A stretch of DNA of 53,103 nucleotides, the filler included, from Bipalium vagum (Eukaryota), in the NCBI GenBank assembly GCA_037834085.1. It is 3 parts of 3 records of this genome, joined end to end, with 100 filler letters (N's around TTAATTAATTAA, not from the genome) between each part and the next. Parts side by side here need not be neighbours in the genome. Positions count along the whole stretch, not along the records: positions 1 to 16,014 come from JBBMKC010132166.1; 2 more parts are not named here. One strand, given 5' to 3'. Of this stretch, positions 1 to 10,714 are shown in pieces; the first letter of the stretch is position 1, and each line of letters opens with the position of its first letter. The notes beneath the pieces were generated by a model that searched no databases, was not told the DNA's origin, and was given only the letters and a program-made list of their open reading frames with translations. The position numbers and the translations under genes are program-made.

Positions 1-722
1 CAAAATGACTCTTCCTTGGTCAACAAGATAATATGGTCAGACGAGAGTAAGTTCATGCTCAATGGAGTTGTTAACCACCACAATTACTGCTATTGAGCCT
101 ACTCTAACCCTAAAATAACAATTCTTGTTAAAAACTCCAGGGTCGGGATAACGGTGTGGTGTGGTTCACAAGGTATCATTGGGTCATACTTCTTTCAAGA
201 TACGGTAACTGGTGAGTCATACCTGGAGATGGTGGAAAAGTTTTTATGGCCTAGAATAACAAAAGGTTGTAAGTACTTACAACACTATGGGGCACCTGCG
301 CACTATTCGCAAAAAGTCAGGAACTGGCTAGACAAAAAGTTCCCAAATCGCTGGATTGGAAGACAAGGTCCAATTGAGTGGCCTTCTCGTTCGCCCGATC
401 TAACTACGCCAGACTTCTTGTGGGGATATCTAAAACAAAATCTGTACAGAGATAGACCTCATACAATCGCTGAGCTCAAGGATAAAATCAGCCATGTTTG
501 TAATGAAGTAGATACTGGAATGTGTTAGCAAGCATGTCTAAATGTAATGTCTCGATTAAGCCATTGCCTAGCTATCAACGGGCGTCAAATTATATAATTA
601 TATATTGTATTTGTTTTTAAATATATGTTATTCAAATAAAAAAGTATTACCTACTTTATATCTTTATTGTTTGTTAAAATATTTAAAATGAAACTATGTA
701 AACATACATTACAAACACCCTG
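1..722 (+). mobile_element. Tc1/mariner-superfamily transposon relic (rosa/DD41D-like), cut by the window edge
   Basis: Translates as IIWSDESKF...VWCG...IIGSYFF...GAPAHY...WIGRQGPIEWPSRSPDLT, with an in-frame stop. Ends in the TIR-like ACACCCTG followed by TA. Confidence 0.85.
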
Positions 723-789
723 TATAATATAATAATTTCTAAAACTTTTAATTAATCCTTATCTATAGTAAAAATAAAACATTTATTTT

Positions 790-1645
790 TGTAGTTATTT
801 ATTTAGACCACTTAAAGGATAATTAATTATTCAGCTCATGCAACTTAAAAGCTTCCGGTCTATCCATTACCTAATAAAGAGATGGAATATTTATTGGCTA
901 CTCTATATAATACGATACGAGAGAGTCAGTTGAAATTTTGAACTCGAGGTTGAAAAGGAAGAATTAAACTCCTTTGTCTCGTCGTGGAGACAGAAATAGC
1001 AATTAGAGGCTATTGATGGAAATAGCCGTCTCGAAGCGTAGGAATTGGTGATCGTAGCCGAATCTCTGCGACTATATAAAGAGACGGCTATACCTGCCAA
1101 TTTGCTAAAAACGCTAATAGATCAGACTAACAGAGGACGCTCATTTACGAAAGCTACAACTAGCAGGACGACTACGAGCCGACGCAAGGATATTAGGTAT
1201 TTTTCCGTGGATATGACAACGCAGAAGGATTTCACAAGGTGACCCAGTGAGGTTGGGAACCCATAGGCCGGGGTTCCCTTGTCGCTCTTGGTGAGACCGT
1301 TGATATTTTCTTTTTGTATTGATTTTGTGTCACTTTCAAAGAATTTTCCTTTGTGGTTCTCTCTCTCTTCTCTGTAATTTTAATAGTAGTGTGTTTATTT
1401 TATTATTATTTCTGTTGTTGGACTTATTAGAGATTTTTCGAGGTGATCGCTATATTGGGATTGAGTTTTTGTCAATAAAGTTTTATTGGTGACGTTTTGA
1501 TTCAGTTCTTATGGTGCGGATACAGTATTATTGGTGGTGTTTTGATTCAGGTAAAGTTTGAGAGGGAAAGAACACAACCTTTTATAAAAGTTAGGAGTTA
1601 CGAGCACACGAGTACACCTTACTACGTCAACGTATAATAGTAACA
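790..1645 (+). mobile_element. Solo-LTR-like repeat, copy 1
   Basis: TG...CA ends, TATA-like CTATATAAAG (~1071) and AATAAA (~1474). Shares collinear blocks with 51612-52484 (ATGACAACGCA, CCAGYGAG, TTGTCG..TGGTGAG, AAAGAACACAAC). No clear TSD; ends are approximate. Confidence 0.55.
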
Positions 1646-2777
1646 CTTCAGTAATTATTTGTGACGTTTATTTTTCATTTGGTAGTTATCGAGTAAATTT
1701 GTTATTTTTATTTTGCCCGCAAAGCGAAAGGACAAAAGGAAAAACATTGCAGTCAGAAGGAAAATAAAAGGCGGTGGGAACTACGGATAAGAATAAAAAA
1801 TTGGTTAATATTCTTGGGAATATTAACAAAAGAATAGTAATGTGACTGTTATCTTCAGATATTGTTTATTTACTGGACGGTTTTACCAAAGGTTAAATCG
1901 TTTCACAAATTAAATAAATTTTCAATTATTTTTACAAAACTCATTTTAGAGAATCAGAATCAAAACAAAATTTGAATTTCTAAATATTGTATTAATAAAA
2001 AAAATCAAGAATCAATAAATATATTTGAATTTTTAAACAATTAAATAATTATTAAAATCAATTTTTAAAATTCCATATTTAGTTTCATGAAAAAGAAATT
2101 TTAATCTACTACAATATAATATTTAATGGTATATTAGAAAGAGAATTTCTAACAAGGAAGTTAATCAGAACTATTTCAGATATTAAATGTGAAACGTTAA
2201 AGTTATTTGAAACTATTTTAAAAAGATATTTTGTGTTCTTTAATGAAGTAACAGTTGGGAATTAAACAACAGGTACAATTATTAATGTTTATAATGATCA
2301 TAATTAAGATGGAAAAAATATTACTAATTACGAATTAATTTAATTTTTAAATATTTATAATTAAGTCAATTTAAAGAAATTATTAAAATATATTTAAAGA
2401 AACAAAAATAAAAAAGTGATAATATTATAGAGATATTAAATAAGAAATTATAGACATAAATTATTAAAACTTTTTATTATTGAAAGTCTTTAACTAATAA
2501 TTAATATAATTATATAATTTCTAAAATATTTTTATAAATTTATCTAAGCTTTGATTCTAATAATCGTATTTAATCCCCAGCATTATATTTTTTGATTCAC
2601 CTAATTGATTTTTAATAAAATAATTAATTTTATAAATTTATGAATAGATTTTTAATTAATAACTTTTTAAAAAGATTTGTTTAACTAGGTTTTATTTAAG
2701 AATAACGGCAATCTAGAAAAAGTGTGTTAAATATTCAAATTCGGTTTTAACTTAATTAATCATTTTCAGTAATAAAA

Positions 2778-5281
2778 ATGGCAATGCATATTCCCACAGC
2801 TCCTGGATATCTTTCGATGATGAAAGAAGGATCAAAAGTATTATTTTTAACTCTTCCAATAAGATCGTTAATTAATTTTGCATAGTTTTTCCAAGGTTTA
2901 GAAGAATCCGTATTTCGAAATATCCAGGCTTGCGTAGCACTTGGTGAAACAACATCCACAACATTTGGCCCTCGAGGCATGAAAAAAATGGTTATTAATC
3001 ATATCGGTAAGAAATTTGTTACCAAGGACGCTGGTACAATCCTTAGAGAATTGGAAGTTGAACATCCTGCTGCAAAACTTATGGTGATGGCTGCTCAACA
3101 ACAAGAACAGGAATCTGGTGAAGCCACAAACTTCGTAATCCTTTTCTGTGCAGCTCTGTTGGACAAAGCAGAACATTTATTGAGAATGGGATTGTCAGTG
3201 CCAGACGTGACAGAAGGATATGAAATTGCTGCCAAGTATTGCTTGGAAATTCTGAAGGATTTAGTTGTTGGAAAAGTTTCCGATTTGAGAGACAAAGAAA
3301 CCGTTGGTAAAATCATCAGATCATCTGTTAATTCGAAAATATCTGGTGATAACAGTCACATTGCCGACCTCGTCACAGATGCATGCAGTATGGTTTTTGT
3401 ATTATTTTTAAATATATTTTATCATGAATCTTTTTTTAGTTCGTGTCCTGCCAGATTCTTCGTACTTCAACGTGGATCACATTCGAGTAGTCAAAATTTT
3501 GGTAGGTTTTATTTTGTCTAATGAGATTGATCCTTGAATTTGATTGGTTTATTATAATATTGATTTAATTTGATCAAATAGGGAAGTGGTGTTAATTCTT
3601 CGACTCTTTTCAATGGAATGGTATTTACAAAAGACGTACAAGGAACTGTCAAATCATCCAAAGACGCCAAAGTCGTAGTCTATTCTTGCGCATTCGATCA
3701 ATTGCAAACCGAGACCAAGGGAACCGTTTTGATCAACACAGCTAAAGAACTTATGGATTTCAGTAAAGGAGAAGAGATTCAAATGGAAGATCGAGTTCGG
3801 GAAATTGCTGAGTCCGGCTGTAAAGTAATCGTTACTGGCGGCAAGGTTGGCGAGCTCGCTTTGCATTATGCCAACAAATACAAATTGATGGTCGTGAAAC
3901 TGAACAGCAAATTTGACGTTCGACGAGTGTGTCAGATAACGGGTGCCACACCTTTGCCGAAATTCAGCAGCCCAACTCAAGAAGAGCTGGGTTACATTGC
4001 CAGTGTTACAACAGAAGAAATCGGCAAAACATCAGTGGTTCTATTCAATCAAGGTATGTAAGATCAACTTTCTTTATTAAATCTCCAACCGATAAGTTTT
4101 TATTTAATTTTCAAATTAAAAGAAATTTACAAAATGTTAAAGTTGGAAATATTATTATTGATTAAATTTTAAAATTAGTAACAAAATAATTTTTGGAAAG
4201 ATCAAATGTTTTTAATTATATTTAACATATTATTGTTACACTGATTGCTTTAAAATGAGCATTTGATTAACTCAGGTATTGAGAGTTATTGATTTTTTTA
4301 TTGAATGATTTTTTTAATTTAAACACGCAAATCGGTAATTACGATCTCGTTTATTATGACTCATTTTTAGACAAAGGAGAGGGTGCAATTTCCAGCATCG
4401 TTGTACGAGGGAGTATGTATGACATAATGGACGAAATCGAGCGATCGATCGATGACGGTGTCAACACATTCAAGTGTCTCACTCGTGAGTCGCGTTACCT
4501 GGCCGGTGCCGGTGCAACGGAGATCGAGCTGGCCAATCGATTGTCGGACTTTGCCAATTCCCAGAGTGGCCTTGTTCAGTACGCCATCAAACAGTTCGTA
4601 TTAGCTTTCGAATCGATCGTCAAAACGCTCTGTGACAATGCCGGGGAAAATGTTCGTTTTTTGCTCAATAGTTTTCTATAACCTCCAGCTTTTCGTTTGA
4701 AATCATTCTTTAATCAATCTGTAAATTTTTATAGGCCACTGAAAGAATTGCCGAGCTGAAAGCTGCTCACCGTGAAGGCCGGTCTGGATATGGTATTGTT
4801 TCGCTGCCTGACGGATGTCAAGTCTGTGACGCTGTAAGTGAGAACATCTTCGATCTGTACACTGCCAAATATTGGGGTCTCCGATTTGCTACCGATACTG
4901 CGGTGACAATTTTGCGAGTCGACAACGTAAGATTTCTTTTCATTATATTATATTTATGGAATTGAATCAAATAATGTGTTGGTTTTTTCATTTAACAATT
5001 TTTTATCACTATCTATAATTGATTAACATTATTTAGTACTTGATTAGTTATTTTATTAATATTATTATTTTTTAAAATAAATAGTTTATGGATTTTTTTA
5101 GACATAAAGTTATTCATTTTTTATTTATGAATATTATTCTTTTATTGATTTTTTATTCACCATATATATAAATATATAAGTTTAATGATTTTAAATTTGT
5201 CTGTTGTAGATTATTATGGCAAGATCTGCAGGAGGCCCAGCTGCAAGAGCACCCGGTAAACAAGACGAGGATGATGATTAA
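2778..5281 (+). CDS. CCT8: T-complex protein 1 subunit theta (chaperonin CCT8), 546 aa
   Basis: Exons 2778-2837, 2886-3387, 3440-3501, 3582-4053, 4371-4651, 4735-4926, 5210-5281 all have GT-AG boundaries and stay in phase. Motifs MAMHIPTAPG, HPAAK, ETKGTVLI, IDDGVNTFK, GAGATEIELA, LRVDNIIMA..GGP are typical of the theta subunit. Confidence 0.95.
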
Positions 5282-5719
5282 TCTATTTAAATATTTGTAT
5301 TTGAATATTTTGTTCTTAAATACATTTTTTTCTAAGGATTTTTTTAATGAGTTGTTTGATCGACGTATTAGCACTAAGAATGATGAAATAGAAAAATATT
5401 TTTAAAAAGTTTTGCTTTCGACATTCTTAAAACAAAAGGAATTTCAAGTAAAAATTTATACTATATTTCAAGAACCTTTTGTTGCGGTTGAGATTAAAAA
5501 ATTGAGTTAATCTAAGGGTTTACTTTATAAAATAAAATGATTACTGGGTTTCCCACTCTATTTTCAATTTTTGATAAGTCGTGTTTTGAATAAAATGAAA
5601 TTATTAAAATCTTATAAACTTTACAACTCTTACATAAAAATAGTAAATTAAAGTTTTACCAGTCATCATTAATGGTTCTTGTGTATAAATCCAAGCTTTC
5701 ATGTATTAGTTGCCGCGTA

Positions 5720-5970
5720 TATTTTTGCGAAGAAATACAATCAACAGTAGATAAGAAAAGGCAAACATCTATTAGTGTACCGTCAACTAGCTACGAGAGC
5801 CAAAGAGCAACATGCGTCCTTGCTATAAAACGAAATTGTGAAATAATGATACCCTATGTTGTTTGATACAAAAGGAAAGAAAAATGTAAGTATGGTGTCT
5901 AACGGAATAATGATAACTGATTGTGAAAAGGCCTGGAGTACTCAGGCGATAATTAGAACGGGCTTCTAAA
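5720..5970 (+). mobile_element. pogo/Tigger-like (DDE_1) transposase fragment
   Basis: TVDKK..ISVPSTSYESQRATCVLAI...P.V and a downstream EKAWSTQAII resemble the pogo STG.E..R.T..LA...G.K..P and AW motifs. Confidence 0.6.
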
Positions 5971-6363
5971 ATTTCTCAAAGTTATTAAAAAATGATAATA
6001 ATTTTCAAAACAAAAATTTTGTATTGTGCATAAGATTTTTAAGAATTTTTCCATATAATAGATTTTGAGTGCAGTGGAAATAAATGAATTTTGTTATACA
6101 TTTTCTTTGAATAAAGTTTAGGTATCACAGAATTGTATTGTATTATGATGAAATGTAATAAGTCCTTTGGAATTTCTCTTTTAAGTTGTGATCATGACAA
6201 AAGAAATGTAATCAATAAATAAATCCTGTCGATGTCAAACCCCAATAAAACCTAATGTTATTTGACAGATATTTATATTTTATTTATTTGAAAAAAAAAT
6301 CATGAAAAAATCATTTATGAAGCAGTAGACTCACTTGACGAAATTTCAGAACCATTTATAATT

Positions 6364-7374
6364 TTATTCTTTCAAGTTTTTATACAAAACAAAAAGATCA
6401 TAGTCATTATACAACAGTGGTATGGATATGAAGAAAATAATTGCTTTCCACAATGTTTTTATATTTGAAATGTTTTTTCTTAATAATTTTTGTTTTTTAT
6501 TTTCACTGAAACCGACCATGTCTAACGGATTTTCAACCGTTGTGGTAAAAATATCGTCCATCCCAACTATTTTTTCGTTTATATTGAAGATATCAAAATC
6601 CCAATTGTGTGATGTAAAAATGATAGAAATTGATGGGGTTTTACTAAAAATTTCGTCACAATATACAACTTCTCGTCTCACCACTTCGTGAGTCTTATAA
6701 ACATCGACTAGTTGAGTTTCTGCTAAGTAATCTTTCATTTTCATTTGGGATTCCTCAACAATTTTATTTGTCTCAAATTCATTGATGATCATGGAATCAA
6801 CTGTTTTACATAGCCATGCCTCAAATGTTCTGTCTGGTGTCACATTTATAATCAAATAAACACTGATACTGTCGTTTGATAATTCAAATGAGAATAACAC
6901 TGCCAACGAAGTGTCGAAACTAATGTCTTCCACCACCTCTAAGTCTAGGGAGGCCGTTTTGGACAAAAGGACTATAAATCTATTTTGATACAATTTTTCT
7001 ACATCAGAAAATCTTCCGATGAGGCCAGGGTTTTGAAAGGTTAAATATTTCTTAACGGAAATAATTTCCACAATTTCGACTAATATTAAATTGAAGTGAT
7101 AGAAAGAAATGGTTGGAAAAATCTGTTCTATTGTCATTTCCTTCCACACGGCATAGAGCGTGGAATTGACCATTGATTCAGATTGAAGTGTTAGACAATT
7201 TTCCATTTCAATCAAGTGATTATAGTGATCACTTAATTTTTTAATACTTGCACATTTCGAAATGCAATTTTGGTGAATGGATATTGAGTTCTTGATTGAT
7301 AAAACATTCTCTTGGTTAAAGAAAAGCTCTATGTCACTTAGAGTTTCTTCCATTATTTCATACTTGGGAAACAT
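6364..7374 (-). CDS. Hypothetical protein, 336 aa, single uninterrupted ORF
   Basis: 1011-bp stop-free frame in AT-rich DNA with a start ATG. No family recognised. Confidence 0.7.
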   Translation of the reverse strand: MFPKYEIMEETLSDIELFFNQENVLSIKNSISIHQNCISKCASIKKLSDHYNHLIEMENCLTLQSESMVNSTLYAVWKEMTIEQIFPTISFYHFNLILVEIVEIISVKKYLTFQNPGLIGRFSDVEKLYQNRFIVLLSKTASLDLEVVEDISFDTSLAVLFSFELSNDSISVYLIINVTPDRTFEAWLCKTVDSMIINEFETNKIVEESQMKMKDYLAETQLVDVYKTHEVVRREVVYCDEIFSKTPSISIIFTSHNWDFDIFNINEKIVGMDDIFTTTVENPLDMVGFSENKKQKLLRKNISNIKTLWKAIIFFISIPLLYNDYDLFVLYKNLKE

Positions 7375-7999
7375 TGTTGAAGAAAATCAATCTTCAATTA
7401 AATTTAATTAATCAATAAAAAAATTATTTGAATATTCGCTTGTCAAAATAGGATTGTCAAAAAATAGGACCAAAAACGCAACTAAATATTTTTTCAAAAT
7501 TTTTCTTTGAATAAAAACCATTAAATTTGGTAGTCTGAAAATTAACAATAATTAATTTTATTTTTTAAAAGAATTTTATCATTTCGGATACCGAATATCG
7601 AACATTGATTACACAAAAAAGATTTTAGCCATTTCCCCACTATTATCTTTTTTCAAATTTCAATTTTTTAAATTGATTATTTGTTTTTCATTATTGATTT
7701 TGTAATGTACCAATTTTGCAATTTGTTTAATTCTTTAAAATTTTCATGATTTTTGATTATAACACATTACCCATCAATCTATTATTTTATTTTTTAAAAA
7801 ATGAATGAAAAATATTTTTTTGAAGTTTGTAATAAATGTATTTCAAAATATAATAAGAGTAATTTTTTAAATATAAACATTCTTTTTAAAAATAGTACTA
7901 ATAAAAGTACTATTACTACTAATGAAAAAAATACTAATGAAAGTACTATTTAGAGTAATAATAAATACAAGAACACTATCCAATTTTTTTTTATAAAAA

Positions 8000-8420
8000 C
8001 AGGGGTGACATCCAATGAGCTATTACAAATAATAAATTAAAAAATATATGTTCAACAGGAAAATATCCAGGAGACTTACATTTAAAATCCTTAAACCATT
8101 TTAATAAAAGAAATGCAACGCATGGATTTACTGGGCCTGGCTATTGATAAATGTTTAGAAAAATATAATGAAATATTAGAAAATACTAATATTTCCCCTA
8201 TTCCGAAACCTGGTTCGATTCCAATAAACAGAACTGATCAAGTAGCAATGAAATATGATTTAAAAAATATATCAACTGATTTCCAAGATCGTCATATTGC
8301 TTATGTTGAAATGATACATGAAATGAACAATATTCAAAGTCAAACACCAAGAGAAAAACTTGAAAGAATGATAATAAAATTAATTATGAAAGGAGAAGTA
8401 ACTTTAAGATTAGGATTAGA
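8000..8420 (+). pseudogene. Parvovirus-type phospholipase A2-like protein of the Maverick
   Basis: YPGDLHL...GFTGPG (Ca-loop-like), then after a frameshift PINRTDQVAMKYDL...DRHIAYVEMIHE...REKLER...IMKG..LGL. Confidence 0.7.
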
Positions 8421-8499
8421 AAAAGCAAGTAAAAATATTGCAAATGAAAAATTATTTGAAGACAAAGAAGAATTAAAACCAGAAAATGAAAAACAATCA

Positions 8500-8990
8500 G
8501 TAAATGAACTTCATAAAGAATTTAGAAAGCTTAAGCAATTTCTGAAAGTTAAAGTTAAATAATAAAGATGATATTTGGAGTGTAGATTTAACCTTTGTAC
8601 CAAGCGAAAGAGATTCGACAAAGTCTCGTCAGCCGAAGTCGAATAATAAAATAATTTTAACAGTAATTGATTTACGAACAAGATATGTGTTTGCTGTTCC
8701 TTTAAAAAAACTGGAAAATCTATAACAGATGCTTTTGACGAAATATTTGGAGTCTACCAAAGAAAACCTAAAAACTTTGGGTTGATAAAGGTATTGGATT
8801 TACAATAAGACATTCGAAGATTTTTGTGATGATAATGAAATAGAAACTTATTCAACAGTTAATAAAGGTAAAGCTGTAGTTATTGAAAGATTATTAAAAC
8901 TTTGAAGAATATGATGTTTAGAAAATTTACAAAAGAAAGTAACAGAAAATGGTTAAACTTATTATCAGATTTAATAAATATTTATAATTG
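8500..8990 (+). pseudogene. Retroviral-type (rve) integrase of the Maverick, 3'-truncated
   Basis: ELHKEFRK...DDIWSVDL...ILTVIDLRTRYVFAVPLK...WVDKG...KAVVIER...KW. All three catalytic D,D,E positions are visible across frameshifts. Confidence 0.9.
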
Positions 8991-8999
8991 TGGAGACTC

Positions 9000-9703
9000 A
9001 AGAAAAACTGAACTATTTAACAATTTTTGATCTTGAATCTTTTTATTTTTAATTTGATTTTAATAAAAATATTAAAAGTGTTTTTGTCTTTGTCATTTGT
9101 AAAAACAAGAATCCCTAAAAAATTAAATTGAGACCTAATAAGAAACATTTAAACCAAATATTTGACTTGCATTTTGGAAATCACCAATATTAAAAAGTAT
9201 AAATGTTTCTGGTCTAAATATCACTGAAAATAATGATGGATATTTATTTGGAAATGTTTCTTATTCTTTAATTGAACATTTAACAATAATATTAGCTGCA
9301 GAAAAAATCAATTATAAAAAAGATGATATTATAAATTTGGGAACAGAAAATAAATATCATGTTTTTGGTTGGTATAATAATAATAGGAATTATTTTGTTG
9401 TTAATGGAAAATCTATAGGACAAACAGAAATAACAGAATCTAAATTCAGAACCGATTTAATATTTTTAAAATGTACTAAATCACTTTCTTTTCCAACACA
9501 TTCATATTTTTTGTATAATTCAGAAGACAAATATTCAACCATTTTTCCATCAAGTAGTAAGTATGAATTTCAATTTAATTCAAAAAATAAAAAAATTTAT
9601 GAAATCATAATATTAAAAGAAATTTATTTAAAAGTGAAATGGAAGAGATTGAAATTTTTATGAAAAAGTTTTATCCAAATATACACTACAATGTAGCGTT
9701 CTG
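9000..9703 (+). pseudogene. Viral ORF remnant, possibly a LamG/concanavalin-like domain
   Basis: YHVFGWY...YFVVNGKSIG and C-terminal IYEIIILKE..(frameshift)..SEMEEIEIFMKKFY. Confidence 0.4.
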
Positions 9704-9774
9704 AGACTTCGTCTCAATTTTATATAATTTAGAAAAAAAATCTTTACATTTCTTTTCAAAATTAATATTAAAAA

Positions 9775-10463
9775 ATGGAAATTGAACCAACTGCTCCTTT
9801 TGAAAAACTTTATTCAAATTTAGAAAGTAATGTAAATAAGAGAAGATTATCTTCCAAATTTATTTATGAAGATTCTAATCCTTTAATAGATCAATTAGAA
9901 AAATTACAAATTGAAAATTTTATGAATGAAACAAATTTTTAGAAGACTTATTAACACATTATAAAAAATTAAAATTTAAATATACAAAAATAGATTTACA
10001 TTTAAAATTAGAAACAAATGCTGTAACAGGAATTGTTGGAGTTAGATCTGTAATAATGAAAGGAGTTTCTATTTTAGGAATTGAATTAGTTATTTATATT
10101 CCAATTGGTAATTCAATTTTTACTGCATTACATTCATTTATTACTTAAACAATTAGTAAAAATATTACAAGTAAAAAAAAACTTTAAAGAAAAATTTGTG
10201 AATCAATAGAAAATTCAATTATTAAAGTTTTTATTTTTCAAATGAAAGCATTAAAAGATAAAATATTAACTAATGAAGAAATTGAACAAGCAAAAATATT
10301 TTTTAATGAATGTAAAGAAAATATTAAAAAAATAAAAAATGGAAATTTTATTGAAAATTTTAAAAATGAAACTAAGAAAGAGTTGAAAAAAGAATTGAAA
10401 AAAGAGTATCTAAAAAAGTTAAAAGTTTATAAATTTTTTTTTCTTTTTATTTTTAAAAAATGA
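9775..10463 (+). pseudogene. Viral membrane/coiled-coil protein with N-terminal PTAP
   Basis: MEIEPTAPFEKLYSNL start, a Gly-rich hydrophobic middle (AVTGIVGV...GVSILGIELVIYIPIG) and a Lys/Glu-rich C-terminus. Frameshifted. Confidence 0.55.
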
Positions 10464-10714
10464 GTGCAATATTTAATAAAAAAATATTTTAATTAAACAA
10501 AATTTTATATTTATTAGAAATGTTTCCTATCTTTAAAAATATTGTAATTAACTCCCTTCAAGATATATATGATTTTTTGGAAATAGAATATTTTGTCTAC
10601 CCTTGGTAGTCGAGCAGCGTTGCTGCTTATTTTTCCATGGGAATAATTATTTTAATTGTTTTTCTCAAAAAACACAGTTATGGTGCTACTAATTTTTTTT
10701 CAAAAAAATCGAAA

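Noticed and set aside
1213-1295. Superficial resemblance of the reverse strand to an HDV-like ribozyme 5' end
   Set aside because: No P2 partner or nested pseudoknot could be built, and no hammerhead CUGANGA/GAAA core is present.
2721-2777. TTTTCAG just before the CCT8 ATG as a trans-splice acceptor
   Set aside because: A GT at 2721 gives an ordinary 49-bp 5'UTR intron, so the two cannot be distinguished from sequence.
2979-3029. Asn-to-Lys changes in CCT8 as a sign of AAA codon reassignment
   Set aside because: One change uses AAG, and AAA encodes conserved Lys elsewhere. All three host genes translate cleanly in the standard code.
7891-7950. AATAGTACT/AGTACTATT palindrome and ACTACT as a Maverick terminus
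   Set aside because: It lies within a low-complexity STN-repeat reading frame starting at 7801, and no matching opposite TIR was found.
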